A DNA stretch of 64,000 nt from an uncultured Gemmatimonadaceae bacterium (GCA_963829055.1 CAWHHI010000005.1:64001-128000), one strand, 5' to 3'; shown: positions 20,788-32,311, counted from the first letter of the stretch. The notes: a model not told the origin generated them from the sequence alone. Made by a program: numbers and translations.

Positions 20788-23700
20788 ATGAAAGTGGAAC
20801 ACGTCGTGACCGATGACCGATGGGCGCGGCTGACCGATCTCTACCACTCCGCGGTTGCAATGACCGCGGAGGAGCGGGCGAGCTTCCTCGCCGACGCGTG
20901 TGACGGTGATGCGAGCCTCCGCGCCGGCGTCGAGCGCCTCGTTGCCGCCCACGAGCGCGCGAACCAGCCCGCCAGAGCCGAAGAACCGGTAGCAGTCGCC
21001 GCGATGCCAGTCGCCGGCGCATCGTTAGGCGCGATCGCGGAACCGGCATCGCTGGTTCACCAATTCGGCCCATATCGCGCCGTCCGGGAGCTGGGCCGCG
21101 GCGCCATGGGCACTGTCTACCTCGCGGAGCGCGCCGACGGGCACGACGGTCAGGTCGCCATCAAGGTGATCGAGCGAGCGGCCGACACGGACGTCCTGCA
21201 GGATCGGCTTCGGGCCGAGCGCAAGATTCTGGCGTCGCTCGACCATCCGAACGTCGGGCGCCTGCTCGACGGCGGTGTCAGCGACGAAGGGTTCCTGTAC
21301 TTCGTCATGGAGTACATCGACGGCGAGCCGCTCGACGAGTACGCCGACGCGTACCGCCTCTCCGTGCCGGACCGACTGAAGCTGTTCCTGCAGATCACGA
21401 GCGCGGTCGCGCAGGCACATCGCCTCCGCATCATCCACCGCGACATCAAACCCGCGAACGTCCTCGTCACGCCGGGCGGCGTGCCGAAGCTGCTCGACTT
21501 CGGCATCACGAACGTGCTCGACCCGGATGGCGACGGGCAGACGTCCTCGGATCTCCGAGTGCTCACGCCGGAGTACGCGAGTCCGGAGCAGATCGAAGGA
21601 CGTCGCGCGACGGCCGCGAGCGACGTGTACTCCCTCGGCGTGCTGCTCTACGAGTTGCTCACCGGTCAGTCGCCGTATCGCCTGCGGACACGGGAGCCGC
21701 TCGAAGTTTCCCAGGCCGTGCGGACGATCGACCCCGAGCGACCAAGCAAGGCGGCCAGACGTGAAATGGAAGCGGCGGGCAACAGCGAGAAGCTCGGCCG
21801 ACGACTGAACGGCGACCTCGACACGATCGTGCTCAAGGCGCTTCGCAAGGAGCCGGCCCAACGCTATCAGTCCGTGGAACAGCTCGCGGCTGACGTTAGG
21901 CTGCACCTCGATGGCCGGCCCGTCGCGACGCAGGCCGACAACACCGGCAACCGAAACGGCAGCTTCCTTCATCGGAACCGAAAGGCGGTTTCCGTCGTCA
22001 TGGCGGCCGCGTTCGTGGCACTGGCCCTTGGCGGCGGGTTCATCGCCTTCCGGCCGAAGACCGAGCGCGTCGCACCGCCGGTGGCGTTAGGCGCCCTGAC
22101 GTTGCATGACCGCATCGTCGTCGCCGACCTCGCGGACAGCACCGGCGACGCCGTGCTCGCCACTGCCCTCAGCGACGCGTTCCGCAAGGATCTCACGCAG
22201 TCCCCGTTCGTGCAGGTGCTCCCTGATCGCGAAGCTGGCTCGATGCGCGAGATCGCCGGGCGGGAAGGCGCGAAGGCGATCGTCACGGGCTCGATCTCGA
22301 AAGCCGGCGAGAGCTACGAGATCACCGCTCGGCTCGTGAGCACGGAGAAGGGCGACGTCCTCGCGACAGTTCGAGAAGCGGCGACCGATTCGACCGCTGT
22401 CATTGGCGCGGTGGACCGCCTGTCCAACAGCCTCCGCCGGCACATGGGAGAATCGTCAGCGAGCATCCAGGCGAGCCCGCGGCTCGAGCTGGTGACCACG
22501 AGCTCGGTGTCCGCGCTTCGATCCTACTCCGAGGGCGTGCAGGCGATCCGCGACGGCAATCGCACGCGCGGGCTGCAACTGCTGGAGAAGGCCGTCGAGC
22601 TGGATACGGGATTCGCGTCGGCCTACCGGGTACTCGGCGCCACCTACGGCGACATGGCGGAAACCGGCCGCTCGACGTCGGCGCTGGAGCACGCGATCGC
22701 GAATCAACCGCGTCTCTCGTTCTACGACCGGTATCACACGATCGCGACGCACGCCTCCACCGTGCTGAACGACAACATTACCGCGATCGATGCGTACCAG
22801 CACGTGCTCGAGCGCTACCCTAACGATGTTCCCGCGCTGACGGGCCTTGCCCACGTGTACGCGCTGCGTCGCGAGCATGCGGCGCAGGAGAGTCTGCTCG
22901 TCCGCGCGCTCGCCGTGGACTCGACGAATCCGAGGGTCTCCATCGCACTCGTGGCCACGCGGTTGAATCGCGGCGATTTCGAGGGCGCACGACGCGAGCT
23001 CGATCGCGTGGAGAAGCGTTCCGCCACGTTGAGCAGCGCACACCTCGCGGAGATCTACCTCGCTGCCGCGCAGCAGGATTGGGCGAGCGCCGAGCGTTGG
23101 GCGCGTTCGCGGATGGCGCTACCGTCAACCGGTCCCCTCGACTCGCTCGACGGTCTCGAGACGCTTGCGGGAATCGCGATGGCGCAGGGTCGGCTCGCCG
23201 AGGCGGAACGGCACTCGCGCGCGGCGCTCGCGCTTGCCGCGAGGATGAGGTCACCCGGACGCTATCTGTCGTCTGCGGTCAGGCTCGCGTCCATCGATCT
23301 CCGCTATCGGAACGCGCCGACCAGAGCGCGCGCGACGGTGACCGCGGCACTCGCACGGTATCCGTTGGGCAAGCTCCAGGAAAGCGATCGACCGTACGAC
23401 CTGCTCGCGCGCTTCTTCGTCGCCGCGGGGAACACGGCACGAGCGCGCGACCTGATCCTCCACGCCGACCAGACGAAGCTCGGCCGGCAGCGCGAGGTCA
23501 GTGCAGACCGTCGCTGGACGTTAGGCGTGATCTCGCTCGCCGAGGGACACACACCTGAAGCGACGGCGCAGCTTCGCGTGGCAACGGAGGAACACGAGTG
23601 TCCGATGTGCGCGCTGCCGGATCTGGCTCGCGCGTACGAAGCGGTGGGCAAGCCCGACTCGACGATCGCCGTCTACGAGCGGTATCTGCGCGAGCCGTGG

Positions 23701-23916
23701 GGACGGCGATTCGAAACCGACGCGACCGAGCTCGGATGGTCGATGCATCGGCTCGCGGAGCTGTACGAGTCGCGGCGCGAAACGACGAAGGTCGCGGAGC
23801 AGTACACGGCGCTCGTCGCGCTCTGGAACGGCGCCGACCGGGAGCTGCGTCCGGTGATCGAGGACATTCGGAAGCGCATCGATCGAGCAGGCCAGGTCAC
23901 CGGGCGACGCGACTGA
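20788..23916 (+). CDS. Ser/Thr protein kinase with TM segment and TPR-like C-terminal region
   Basis: ELGRGAMGTVYLA, VAIKV, HRDIKPANVL, DFGI, LTPEYASPEQ, DVYSLGVLLYELLTG; helical repeats downstream; start could be GTG 20806. Confidence 0.92.
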   Translation: MKVEHVVTDDRWARLTDLYHSAVAMTAEERASFLADACDGDASLRAGVERLVAAHERANQPARAEEPVAVAAMPVAGASLGAIAEPASLVHQFGPYRAVRELGRGAMGTVYLAERADGHDGQVAIKVIERAADTDVLQDRLRAERKILASLDHPNVGRLLDGGVSDEGFLYFVMEYIDGEPLDEYADAYRLSVPDRLKLFLQITSAVAQAHRLRIIHRDIKPANVLVTPGGVPKLLDFGITNVLDPDGDGQTSSDLRVLTPEYASPEQIEGRRATAASDVYSLGVLLYELLTGQSPYRLRTREPLEVSQAVRTIDPERPSKAARREMEAAGNSEKLGRRLNGDLDTIVLKALRKEPAQRYQSVEQLAADVRLHLDGRPVATQADNTGNRNGSFLHRNRKAVSVVMAAAFVALALGGGFIAFRPKTERVAPPVALGALTLHDRIVVADLADSTGDAVLATALSDAFRKDLTQSPFVQVLPDREAGSMREIAGREGAKAIVTGSISKAGESYEITARLVSTEKGDVLATVREAATDSTAVIGAVDRLSNSLRRHMGESSASIQASPRLELVTTSSVSALRSYSEGVQAIRDGNRTRGLQLLEKAVELDTGFASAYRVLGATYGDMAETGRSTSALEHAIANQPRLSFYDRYHTIATHASTVLNDNITAIDAYQHVLERYPNDVPALTGLAHVYALRREHAAQESLLVRALAVDSTNPRVSIALVATRLNRGDFEGARRELDRVEKRSATLSSAHLAEIYLAAAQQDWASAERWARSRMALPSTGPLDSLDGLETLAGIAMAQGRLAEAERHSRAALALAARMRSPGRYLSSAVRLASIDLRYRNAPTRARATVTAALARYPLGKLQESDRPYDLLARFFVAAGNTARARDLILHADQTKLGRQREVSADRRWTLGVISLAEGHTPEATAQLRVATEEHECPMCALPDLARAYEAVGKPDSTIAVYERYLREPWGRRFETDATELGWSMHRLAELYESRRETTKVAEQYTALVALWNGADRELRPVIEDIRKRIDRAGQVTGRRD

Positions 23917-23954
23917 TACTTGCCGTCCCGGGGTTCGTCAGACTCGGGACCTTG

Positions 23955-25181
23955 TCAGGCGGACGACGTCTCATCGAGCGGTAGAAGATCGCCACCCTCC
24001 TGCGGTCGCGACTCCCCGCTTCGGTCGAGCGCGAACCGCGCACTGAGCGGGCCGGCAATCTCGAAGACGATCACCGCCCCCAGCACGACGGTCGTCACCG
24101 TGGGCGCGATATCAGGAAATCGCTCCCGTGTCACGAGCACGAGCCCGACGGCGAGCCCCGCCTGCGCGAAGATCGACATTCCGAGCAGCCGCTGCACCGG
24201 CTCGGGGAAGCGCGTGCGCTTCGCGGCGAGCCGCGCGCCCGCGAGCTTTCCGGTAGCGCGGCAGAGTACGTAGACCAGGCCCAGCAAGCCTAACGACGGC
24301 AGCAGCGACAGGTCGAGATCGGCGCCAGCCAGCACGAAGAAGATCACGTACAGCGGCGGGTCGGTGCGGGACAGCGCGCCGAACAGCCGTCGACTCTTCC
24401 CCGACAGGTTCGCCATCGTCGCGCCGACCGCGAGACTGGCGACCAGCGGCGAGAGGCCCAGCACCGTCGACACACCCACCGTGAGCAGCACGCATCCGAT
24501 GAGCAGGATCAGGATCTCACCGGACTCGACGACCTGCGATGCCCACGACGCGAGCAGCAATCCGACGAGGAATCCGAGCGCCGCGGAGCCGACGAGCTGC
24601 CAGAACAGCGGAAACAGCGCGCGTCCGATCTCGCCCACGCTTACCCCGCCAGTCGCGGCCAGCGCGTTGACGTCGAGCGTCGCGGCCGCAAGGCTGAACG
24701 CGACGAGCGCGAAGATGTTGTTCAACCCGATCACGCCCGTCAGCGCTTCCGTGAACGGGCCAGCGGAGTTGTTCTCGCGAATCACCATCAGCGTCGACGC
24801 CGCTCCCGTCTCGACCGCGATGGCACCTAACAACAACGCGACGGGCCAGGGTTGGCCGATGATCAGCATCCCGACGAACACGAGCGCGGCTGCCAGTCCG
24901 GACTCGGCGAGCGTCAGCGTCACGAGGCGTCGGCCGATAGCGCGCACGCGCCCGAGCTCGAACACGGCGCCGATCGAGAACAGGATGAGCCCGAGGCCAA
25001 CCTCGCTGAAGATGTGCAGCGCCTCGAGGTTCTCATGGGTCACCCAGCCGAGCGCCGACGGCCCGACGATCATTCCGGCGACGAGGTAGCCCGTCACCTC
25101 GGGGACTCGCGCGAATTTGACCAGGTGGCCGACCAGCAGCGCGAACAGCAGGATGAGGCCGAGCGATGCGAGCTCGTTCAT
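23955..25181 (-). CDS. Cation:proton antiporter, CPA2/Kef-type membrane domain
   Basis: PEVTGYLVAGMIVGPS, LFSIG, FFVLAGA, QAGLAVGL; about 12 TM segments. Confidence 0.88.
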   Translation of the reverse strand: MNELASLGLILLFALLVGHLVKFARVPEVTGYLVAGMIVGPSALGWVTHENLEALHIFSEVGLGLILFSIGAVFELGRVRAIGRRLVTLTLAESGLAAALVFVGMLIIGQPWPVALLLGAIAVETGAASTLMVIRENNSAGPFTEALTGVIGLNNIFALVAFSLAAATLDVNALAATGGVSVGEIGRALFPLFWQLVGSAALGFLVGLLLASWASQVVESGEILILLIGCVLLTVGVSTVLGLSPLVASLAVGATMANLSGKSRRLFGALSRTDPPLYVIFFVLAGADLDLSLLPSLGLLGLVYVLCRATGKLAGARLAAKRTRFPEPVQRLLGMSIFAQAGLAVGLVLVTRERFPDIAPTVTTVVLGAVIVFEIAGPLSARFALDRSGESRPQEGGDLLPLDETSSA

Positions 25182-26371
25182 CGTGGGAGCAGCACGCCAC
25201 GCTGCGCGGAATCGCGTTCGAACACCACGAGCGTCGCGCCCTCACGTCGTTCGAGCAGCCGACGCGCGGTCCGCGGATCACGGACCGCGCGTCCGCCAAC
25301 CTCCAGCAATCGATCACCACCGCGGAGCCCGGCCCTGCCAGCTGGTGACTCCGCGCGAACGGCATCGATGATCACGCCCTCGGGTGGCGAGCGTTCCGCA
25401 AGTCGAATCCCGGCGTCGGCCGACCGAGCCGAGTCGGTTGGTGTTCCGACCACCGCGTCGCGACGCAGGATTCGAACTCGGGCGTCCGACTTACCGCGCC
25501 GGCGTACCACGTCGTGCTCGGCAGGCGGGTCGCCCACGAGGACCGCGAGGTCATCGGGCGCCGCGACTCGCTGGTCGTCGACGCCGAGAATCACATCGCC
25601 TGGGCGCAGTGCCGAAGCTGCGGGAGCATCCTGCCTGACGGTGACGACGAGCACACCCGAGTCGCTGGCGAAATACGCGCGTGCGAGCGAGTCGAGCGGC
25701 GACACGGCGAAGCCGTAGCCGTCCCAGACCCGCGCCGCGAGCGATGCCGTGGTAGCCAACAGTCGCGTGGCCTCGGCCATTGGGATCGCCGCCATCTGGC
25801 CGGCGCAGCGAACGACCATTCCGACCAGCCGTCCATCGAGATTGAACAACCCAGCGCCGGCGAAGCTGTCGTGCAGCGCCACGCCGAGGACCAACTCCGC
25901 CAGCGACTCGTTGCCGCACCGCCTAACGGCCCTCCCGCCGAACAGGCCGGCTGACGACACGACCCTGCCCTCCGGCGTGCGCCCGACCACGAGCAGCCAA
26001 TCGTTAGGTGCCGGGTCGGCAATGGCGGGCGGCGCGGCGCGTCCGGTGTCGCGGGCCGTCGCGGCGACGGAGATGACGGGACGACCCGCGAGCGTCGTCA
26101 CGAGCGTGTCCCCCTGACCAAACCGGAATCCGGCGGCACCCACGGTCGCGATGTAGACCACCCGCGGCGCGACGGCGGCGATGCGTGTCGCGAGAAAGTC
26201 CGAAACACGTTCGAGCTGTCCGTCCTGCGAGAGCTGCTGCAATGCAGACGCTTCGCTCGGCGGCGCTGGTGCTGACGGCTGCGCGCGCTGGAGGCGGCCG
26301 CGGATGAAAATGCCGATGGCCAACACGAGAGCGGCGCCGAGCGCCAGCGACGCGAGATACTTTCGGTTCAT
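25178..26371 (-). CDS. Membrane-anchored PDZ-domain protein with degenerate trypsin-like region
   Basis: N-terminal TM; GAGLFNLDGRLVGM; two PDZ-like segments APAASALRPGDVILGVD and SPAGRAGLRGGDRLLEVGG; stop overlaps CPA2 start. Confidence 0.7.
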   Translation of the reverse strand: MNRKYLASLALGAALVLAIGIFIRGRLQRAQPSAPAPPSEASALQQLSQDGQLERVSDFLATRIAAVAPRVVYIATVGAAGFRFGQGDTLVTTLAGRPVISVAATARDTGRAAPPAIADPAPNDWLLVVGRTPEGRVVSSAGLFGGRAVRRCGNESLAELVLGVALHDSFAGAGLFNLDGRLVGMVVRCAGQMAAIPMAEATRLLATTASLAARVWDGYGFAVSPLDSLARAYFASDSGVLVVTVRQDAPAASALRPGDVILGVDDQRVAAPDDLAVLVGDPPAEHDVVRRRGKSDARVRILRRDAVVGTPTDSARSADAGIRLAERSPPEGVIIDAVRAESPAGRAGLRGGDRLLEVGGRAVRDPRTARRLLERREGATLVVFERDSAQRGVLLPR

Positions 26372-26384
26372 GCGTGGCGATGGC

Positions 26385-27425
26385 TCACTGAAAAAAGTCG
26401 GTGGGCGCCCGTGGCGCATGAATCGCGCCGGCGGTCAGATGAGCGATCAACGTAATCAGGTACGCGAGATAGGCGCCGAACAACAGCGCGCCTTCGCCGC
26501 GCGAGAGCCGCGCGCCCGATCGCATGAGCGGCAACAGCAGCAGCGACGTGCCGATCATCCACCACATGTCGCTCCGCGCCAGCGCGGGCGCCACGTGCAT
26601 CGGCGCGATCACAGCGGTCACGCCGAGAATCCCGAGGATGTTGAAGATGTTCGAGCCGATCATATTCGCGACCGCCACGTCGGTCCGCTTGCGGAACGCC
26701 GCCACCAGCGATGTCGCCAGCTCGGGCGCGCCTGTGCCACCCGCGACGATGGTCAGGCCGATCACGCGCTCGCTCAGGCCCGCGATGCGCGCGAGCGTCA
26801 CGGCACCGTCGACCAGCAACCGGCCGCCGGCGATCAGCCCAACGATGCCTAACGCGAGCACGGCGAGGGTGACCGCTATCGACGCAGGGCGACCCACTGG
26901 CGTACCTGGACGGTCAATGTCACGCGCCTCAGTCTGCGCGGCGAACTGTCGGGCCTCCGCCGCGCCGACATCGCGCCGCGCGATGCGCACCGTGTACGCG
27001 ATGAACAGCACCATCGCGATGAGCAGCACACCGCCTTCGACTCGATCGATCGTGCCGCCCCTCGCGACGACCAGACACACGAGACTCGCCGCGAACATGA
27101 CCGGCCACTCGCGCCGGACGGCAGAACCGTGAACCGGCAGCGGGATGATCATGGCCGTGAGCCCGAGCGTCGCGGCGATGTTGAAGATGTTCGAGCCCAC
27201 GACGTTCGCGACGGCGAGGTCTGGCTCGCCCCGCAGCGCGGCGAGCAGACTCACCACGAGCTCGGGGAGCGACGTGCCGATGGCGACGACCGTCAGGCCA
27301 ATCACGGCGGGGCTCACGCCCGCGATCTCGGCGATCGTTGTCGCCGCGCGCACGAGCGCCTCGCCACCGCCGACGAGCAGCACGAGTCCACCCAGGATGA
27401 GGCCCAGCGGAAGTAGGATTTCCAT
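26385..27425 (-). CDS. Ca2+/Na+ antiporter (YrbG/CaCA family)
   Basis: Two alpha repeats GTSLPELVVS...ANVVGSNIFN and GTGAPELATS...ANMIGSNIFN. Confidence 0.9.
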   Translation of the reverse strand: MEILLPLGLILGGLVLLVGGGEALVRAATTIAEIAGVSPAVIGLTVVAIGTSLPELVVSLLAALRGEPDLAVANVVGSNIFNIAATLGLTAMIIPLPVHGSAVRREWPVMFAASLVCLVVARGGTIDRVEGGVLLIAMVLFIAYTVRIARRDVGAAEARQFAAQTEARDIDRPGTPVGRPASIAVTLAVLALGIVGLIAGGRLLVDGAVTLARIAGLSERVIGLTIVAGGTGAPELATSLVAAFRKRTDVAVANMIGSNIFNILGILGVTAVIAPMHVAPALARSDMWWMIGTSLLLLPLMRSGARLSRGEGALLFGAYLAYLITLIAHLTAGAIHAPRAPTDFFQ

Positions 27426-28908
27426 ATGCGGTGTTCGAACGCCCGCGTCCGCGGGCGACGACGTGTGAGGCGCTAGTCTGGCGGTCGCGGCGGGCTTTGG
27501 CAGAGGCGCCATTCCCCGTCGCAGCAAGAGACTGCCGGCTATGCCGGCGACAGCCGACGCGGCGAGGATGCCGAGCTTCGCGGCGTCGAGGAACTCCGCG
27601 CGTCCGGAGCCCTCCGGAAACGCGAGCCCGGCGATGAACAGCGCCATCGTGAACCCGATGCCGCCCAGCACCGCGACGCCGGCGAGCGCCATCCATGTCG
27701 AGCCGCGCGGCAGGGACGCGATGCCGAACCGCACTGCGAGCCACGCGAATCCGGCGATGCCTAACGGCTTCCCGAGCAACAGCCCGAGCGCGGCACCGAG
27801 CGCAACGGGGCTAGTGGCGCCGGCGCCGAGGGCGGCGGCGTCGAGCGTGACGCCGGCGTTCGCGAGCGCGAACAGCGGCATGATCCCGAACGCCACCACC
27901 CCGTGCAGCGCGTGCTCGAGGCGGATGAGCGGCGGCTGCGCCTGCTGGCACAGCGTCTCGATCTCTTCGAGCACCGTATGGTGCTCGACGTTCGAGAGAA
28001 CGGTCGTGTTCGGATCCGTTTCCGTCACCGTCGCCGCCGCATCGAAATGGTCGAGCGCGCGCCTGGCACTGCTGAGGAACTCCCGCTCGTTCACCCGCGT
28101 GCGAACCGGAATCGTGAACGCGAGCAGCACGCCGGCCACAGTCGCGTGAATACCGGACAGGAGCACGGTGCCCCACAGCGCGAGTCCGATCGCGCCATAC
28201 GTCCACGGGCGACGCGCGCCGGCGCGATTGACGACCGACCGCGAACAGCAGGAGCGCGCCCGCGGCGGCCAGCGGGCCCCACGCGACGCCTGACGAGTAG
28301 AAGATCGCGATCACGAGCACCGCGCCGATGTCATCCACGATCGCCAGCGCGGCGAGGAACACTTTGAGTCCCGTCGGGACACGATCACCGAGCAGCGCGA
28401 GCACGCCGAGCGCGAACGCGATGTCCGTGGCCATGGGCACGCCCCACCCAGCCGCGCCGGGGCCGCCACGGTTCACGAGCGCGTAGATCGCCGCCGGCAC
28501 GACCATCCCGCCGAGCGCCGCGATCATCGGCAACGACGCCGTTCTCAGCGACGCGAGCTCACCGGCGATGATCTCGCGCTTGATCTCCAACCCGACCAGG
28601 AAGAAAAACACGGCCATCAGGCCGTCGTTGATCAGATGGTGAAGGGTCGTTCGGAACGACGCTCCCCCGAACGTGCCGCCGACGGGCAGTTCCCACAGAT
28701 GATGGTAGCTCTCCGCCCACGGCGAGTTCGCCCAGCCGAGCGCGATCGCCGTTGCCAGCAGCAGAACCACACCACCCGACGACTGTGCGTGCGTGAATCG
28801 AAGAAACGGAGCGAGCACGCGCTCGATGAGCGGCGCCTCCGACGTCGACGCTCCGCCGAGGTCATCACTTACCGGTATCGGCCTGGTGGGGACGGACTTG
28901 CTGGTCAT
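27426..28908 (-). CDS. nhaA: Na+/H+ antiporter NhaA (frameshift near 28235; 3' end reads in frame into the CaCA gene)
   Basis: [65 protein letters not shown]. Confidence 0.9.
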
Positions 28909-29084
28909 CGACTTCGGTAGAGGACGCGACGCGCTGTCAGCGTTGCACGGCGACAGGCTCGCCAGCGGTAATGCGGAATTCGTCTCGCCGGTTCCGTGCC
29001 CGGGAGTCGTCGGTCGTGTCCTGACAGGCTGTACGCTCCCCACCGAAGCTCGCGATCTCGATGCGCTCGCGGTAGATGTCCCGC

Positions 29085-30260
29085 TTAGGCGCCGTTGAAC
29101 GACGTCGCGAGAACGCCGGCGACGCCGGCGGTGGCGATGACCAGCGGCTCGGGAATTTTTCGAGTCCGAAGCAATATCAGCAGCGTGACGCTGGCGATCA
29201 TCGCTGTCGTCAGGTCGACCACCGCTCGACGCCCCAACACGACCGCCGCTCCGGCAATCGCACCGGTGGCCGCCGCGGTCACGCCGTCCACGAACGCCCG
29301 CACCCGCCGGTCTGCCTTGAGCCGCTCATAACGCGGCGCGAGTACCAGCGTGATCACGTACACGGGCGCGAACACGCCCATGGCCGCCGCGGTGGCACCT
29401 GACGCGCCCGCGACCAGGTAGCCGATGAACGCGACAGTGATCACCACCGGCCCCGGCGTGATCAGCGCGACGGCCACGGCGTCGAGAAACTGTCGCTCGG
29501 TGAGCCAGTGATGCTGCTGCACCACGCCGCCATGAAGAAACGGCACGATCGCCAGCCCACTCCCGAACACGAACAAGCCGGCGGACGCGAAGTAGATGAA
29601 TATCGCTCCGATCATCACGAGCGACGTACCGCCCGCTCCCTCGAGGGCCGCGACGAGCCAGGTGGGCACGTGAGCCGTGCCGACGACTGGACCGACCGTC
29701 GCCACCCACCGCCCGGGCAGGCCCGAGCTCGTCCGTGCCATGACGGACACCACTCCGCATAACGCGAATACCCAGACGACCTCCGACTCGGTCCAGGCCG
29801 TCACGAGCGCGCTGGCGGCGAACAATACCCACATCAGGCGATCGCTGCCTAACGTCGTCCGGGCGAGCTTGACGGCGCTGCGCGCGATGATCGCGATTAC
29901 GGCCGCGCCGATTCCGTAGAACGCGCCCTGGAGCCAGGGTATACCGCCCAGCCGCTGGTAGAGCGCGGCGAGCACGAGCACCATCGCGAACGACGGCGCC
30001 ACGAACGCAATGCCGGCGACCGTCGCACCCCGCGCTCCGCGGCACAGCCATCCGAGGTAGATCGCGAGCTGGGCCGCGAGCGGTCCCGGCGCGAGCTGGG
30101 AGAATGCGAGACCGTCGCTGAGCTCCTGGCGCGTCACCCAGCGGCGGCGGTCCACGAACTCGTGCTCCATGTAACCCACCAGCGCGATCGGCCCGCCAAA
30201 GCCAGTGGTGCCGAGCCAGAGGAAAAACCGGAGCAGGTCGCGCGAGGACGGCCGTGTCAC
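29085..30260 (-). CDS. chrA: Chromate efflux transporter (long-chain CHR)
   Basis: [39 protein letters not shown]. Confidence 0.92.
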   Translation of the reverse strand: MTRPSSRDLLRFFLWLGTTGFGGPIALVGYMEHEFVDRRRWVTRQELSDGLAFSQLAPGPLAAQLAIYLGWLCRGARGATVAGIAFVAPSFAMVLVLAALYQRLGGIPWLQGAFYGIGAAVIAIIARSAVKLARTTLGSDRLMWVLFAASALVTAWTESEVVWVFALCGVVSVMARTSSGLPGRWVATVGPVVGTAHVPTWLVAALEGAGGTSLVMIGAIFIYFASAGLFVFGSGLAIVPFLHGGVVQQHHWLTERQFLDAVAVALITPGPVVITVAFIGYLVAGASGATAAAMGVFAPVYVITLVLAPRYERLKADRRVRAFVDGVTAAATGAIAGAAVVLGRRAVVDLTTAMIASVTLLILLRTRKIPEPLVIATAGVAGVLATSFNGA

Positions 30261-31222
30261 CTGGACAGTAAGGCGTACAGGTCATCGAACAGCTGATACC
30301 CGCGCTCGAGCCGAGCGGCGTCGTCGGGGTTCGATGCGGCGATGCCGGCGATGACCCGCTCGATACCGGCGGCGTCCTCTCGGGCGAATTTGCCATCCTT
30401 GAGATCGATGTCGTGCACTACTTCCGCGATGGAGCGCAGTGCGCCGTCATCCATCGCGAATCGCTCGAGCAATGTCTCGAACGTGCACCGCTCGCCCTCG
30501 TGCGTGAACTCGCCTTCGAACATGTCGAAGCGCAGCTCGCCCTTTGACGGACGATAGCCGTCGTCCGCGACGAACTTGAATCGAGCGGCAGGATCGATGA
30601 AACGATGGATGAGCCAGGCGCTCGCCATGCGGTCGACGAAGACGTCGGCGCGCGTGACCCACGTCCGGCTTCGATACCCAGAGCGATCGGCGATGCGCGC
30701 ACTGGTGGACGCCGCCACGGGCCTCAGCTCCGCCTCGGCGATGCCTAACGCCTCCTCGGCCATCCCACGCTCGGGGGCAGCAAAGAAATCGAGCGCGGCA
30801 ACGGCCGCGAACCGCTTCTGGAGCCTGGCGAGATCGTCGTCGGGGCGAGCGGGGCGTGACGCTGCGTCGCGGCGCCGGATCGCGGCCCAGAGCTCGCGCG
30901 CAGCCGCCGCGATCTCGGCGTAATCCGCGTTGCGAGCGCTCCGGAACATGTGCCGCAGCTGATCGGAGGTGAGGCCGTCGACGAAATCCGCTCGGCAGAT
31001 CGATGCGTCGCCGCCGCCGTCGATGATCTCCGTGCGGATCCACTGGAAGTCCTCGTACGCCTGTGCGACGTCCGGCAGGACGTACACGGAATTCTTCACT
31101 GGTACAGCGCCCACGCGCTGCAGGCGCCGCCCGATCTTGACGCGCAGGTAGTCCGGCTTGGGCGGGATCTGATGGATGAGCAGGAGCCACTGCGTGGCGG
31201 CGGCGTCAGCGGGCTTGCTCAC
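30257..31222 (-). CDS. chrB: Chromate resistance protein ChrB (N- and C-terminal domains)
   Basis: WLLLIHQIPPKPDYLRVKIGRRL, WVTR...VDRMASAWLIHRFIDPAARF, FTHEGERCTFE; GTG start overlaps upstream TGA. Confidence 0.9.
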   Translation of the reverse strand: MSKPADAAATQWLLLIHQIPPKPDYLRVKIGRRLQRVGAVPVKNSVYVLPDVAQAYEDFQWIRTEIIDGGGDASICRADFVDGLTSDQLRHMFRSARNADYAEIAAAARELWAAIRRRDAASRPARPDDDLARLQKRFAAVAALDFFAAPERGMAEEALGIAEAELRPVAASTSARIADRSGYRSRTWVTRADVFVDRMASAWLIHRFIDPAARFKFVADDGYRPSKGELRFDMFEGEFTHEGERCTFETLLERFAMDDGALRSIAEVVHDIDLKDGKFAREDAAGIERVIAGIAASNPDDAARLERGYQLFDDLYALLSR

Positions 31223-32295
31223 GGGGCGATGCCTAACGCCAGCGCGCCGACCGGCACCGAGGGACCTGCGAGGTCGACGGCGAAGCCTGCACCCGCGGCG
31301 AGGGCTCGCTCGTACACGAGTGCCGCGACCGCTACGTCCTGCAGCGCGGTGCCTGTGCTGTCGAAGATGATGACCTCGTCGTCCGACTGACGGCCAACGG
31401 TCCGCCCGGACACCACGTCCGCTAACTCGCCCCGTACATCGCTCGTGCGCATGACACCCGCATCGAGCGCATGGTGGAGATCGCCGATCGCGGCGCACTG
31501 CTCGACGATGTCGGCGACGACAACGCTCGCGGCCATGAGCTCCGGCTCGATCTCGTGCTTCTCCGGGTTGTCCGCGCCGACGGCCGCGACGAACGCGCCG
31601 CGCCTGACGTGCGCGCGTCCGAGGAACCATTGGCGGGACGACGTGCACGTCACCCAGACGTCGGTGGCGGAGGGAACGTGACCGAGGTCGGCCACGGCGT
31701 CGATCGGGATCTCGAGCTCCGCGCTCATGGCATGCGCGAATCGCTCCACCCGCTCACGGTCGATGTCGTAGGCGAAGACGTGACTCACGTGCCTCACGCA
31801 CGCGAGCGCCCGCAACTGGTGAGCGGCCTGCTCACCGCAGCCGCATAACGCGACGACACTCGCGTCCACACGCGCGAGGTACCGTGCGGCGACGGCCGTC
31901 GCGGCCGCGGTGCGGACACTCGTGATCTCGGCGGAATCGAGCACGGCGAGGACGCGCCCGTCGGTGGCGTCGAACAGCGCGATGACACCCTGAATGGTTG
32001 GGAGTCCCGCGCGTGTGGGGTTTCCGGGAAAGTTGGCATTGACCTTCGCCACGAACATCGATCGCCCGCCGGAGGCCTGGCCGAGCATGCCGGCGGTCTT
32101 CATGTGGAAGCCGCCGCCGTCGACGTGGGTCCCGAGCACCGCGGGCGCGATTGATTCGCCCCGCGCGTGTCGGCGAAACGCGTCTTCGACGGCGTCGATG
32201 CACGCTCTCATGTCGATGAGGCGATGCACCTCCGCGCGTGACATGATGAGCGTGCGGTGGACCTGCGGCGCTGTTACACGGGACGGCGAGGGCAC
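31219..32295 (-). CDS. Ornithine cyclodeaminase / mu-crystallin family protein
   Basis: FPGNP, ITSVRTAAATAVAARYLA, GCGEQA, AVGAD, FDSTGTALQD; start uncertain. Confidence 0.9.
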   Translation of the reverse strand: MPSPSRVTAPQVHRTLIMSRAEVHRLIDMRACIDAVEDAFRRHARGESIAPAVLGTHVDGGGFHMKTAGMLGQASGGRSMFVAKVNANFPGNPTRAGLPTIQGVIALFDATDGRVLAVLDSAEITSVRTAAATAVAARYLARVDASVVALCGCGEQAAHQLRALACVRHVSHVFAYDIDRERVERFAHAMSAELEIPIDAVADLGHVPSATDVWVTCTSSRQWFLGRAHVRRGAFVAAVGADNPEKHEIEPELMAASVVVADIVEQCAAIGDLHHALDAGVMRTSDVRGELADVVSGRTVGRQSDDEVIIFDSTGTALQDVAVAALVYERALAAGAGFAVDLAGPSVPVGALALGIAP

Positions 32296-32311
32296 GGGTT
32301 CATGGTACTAT

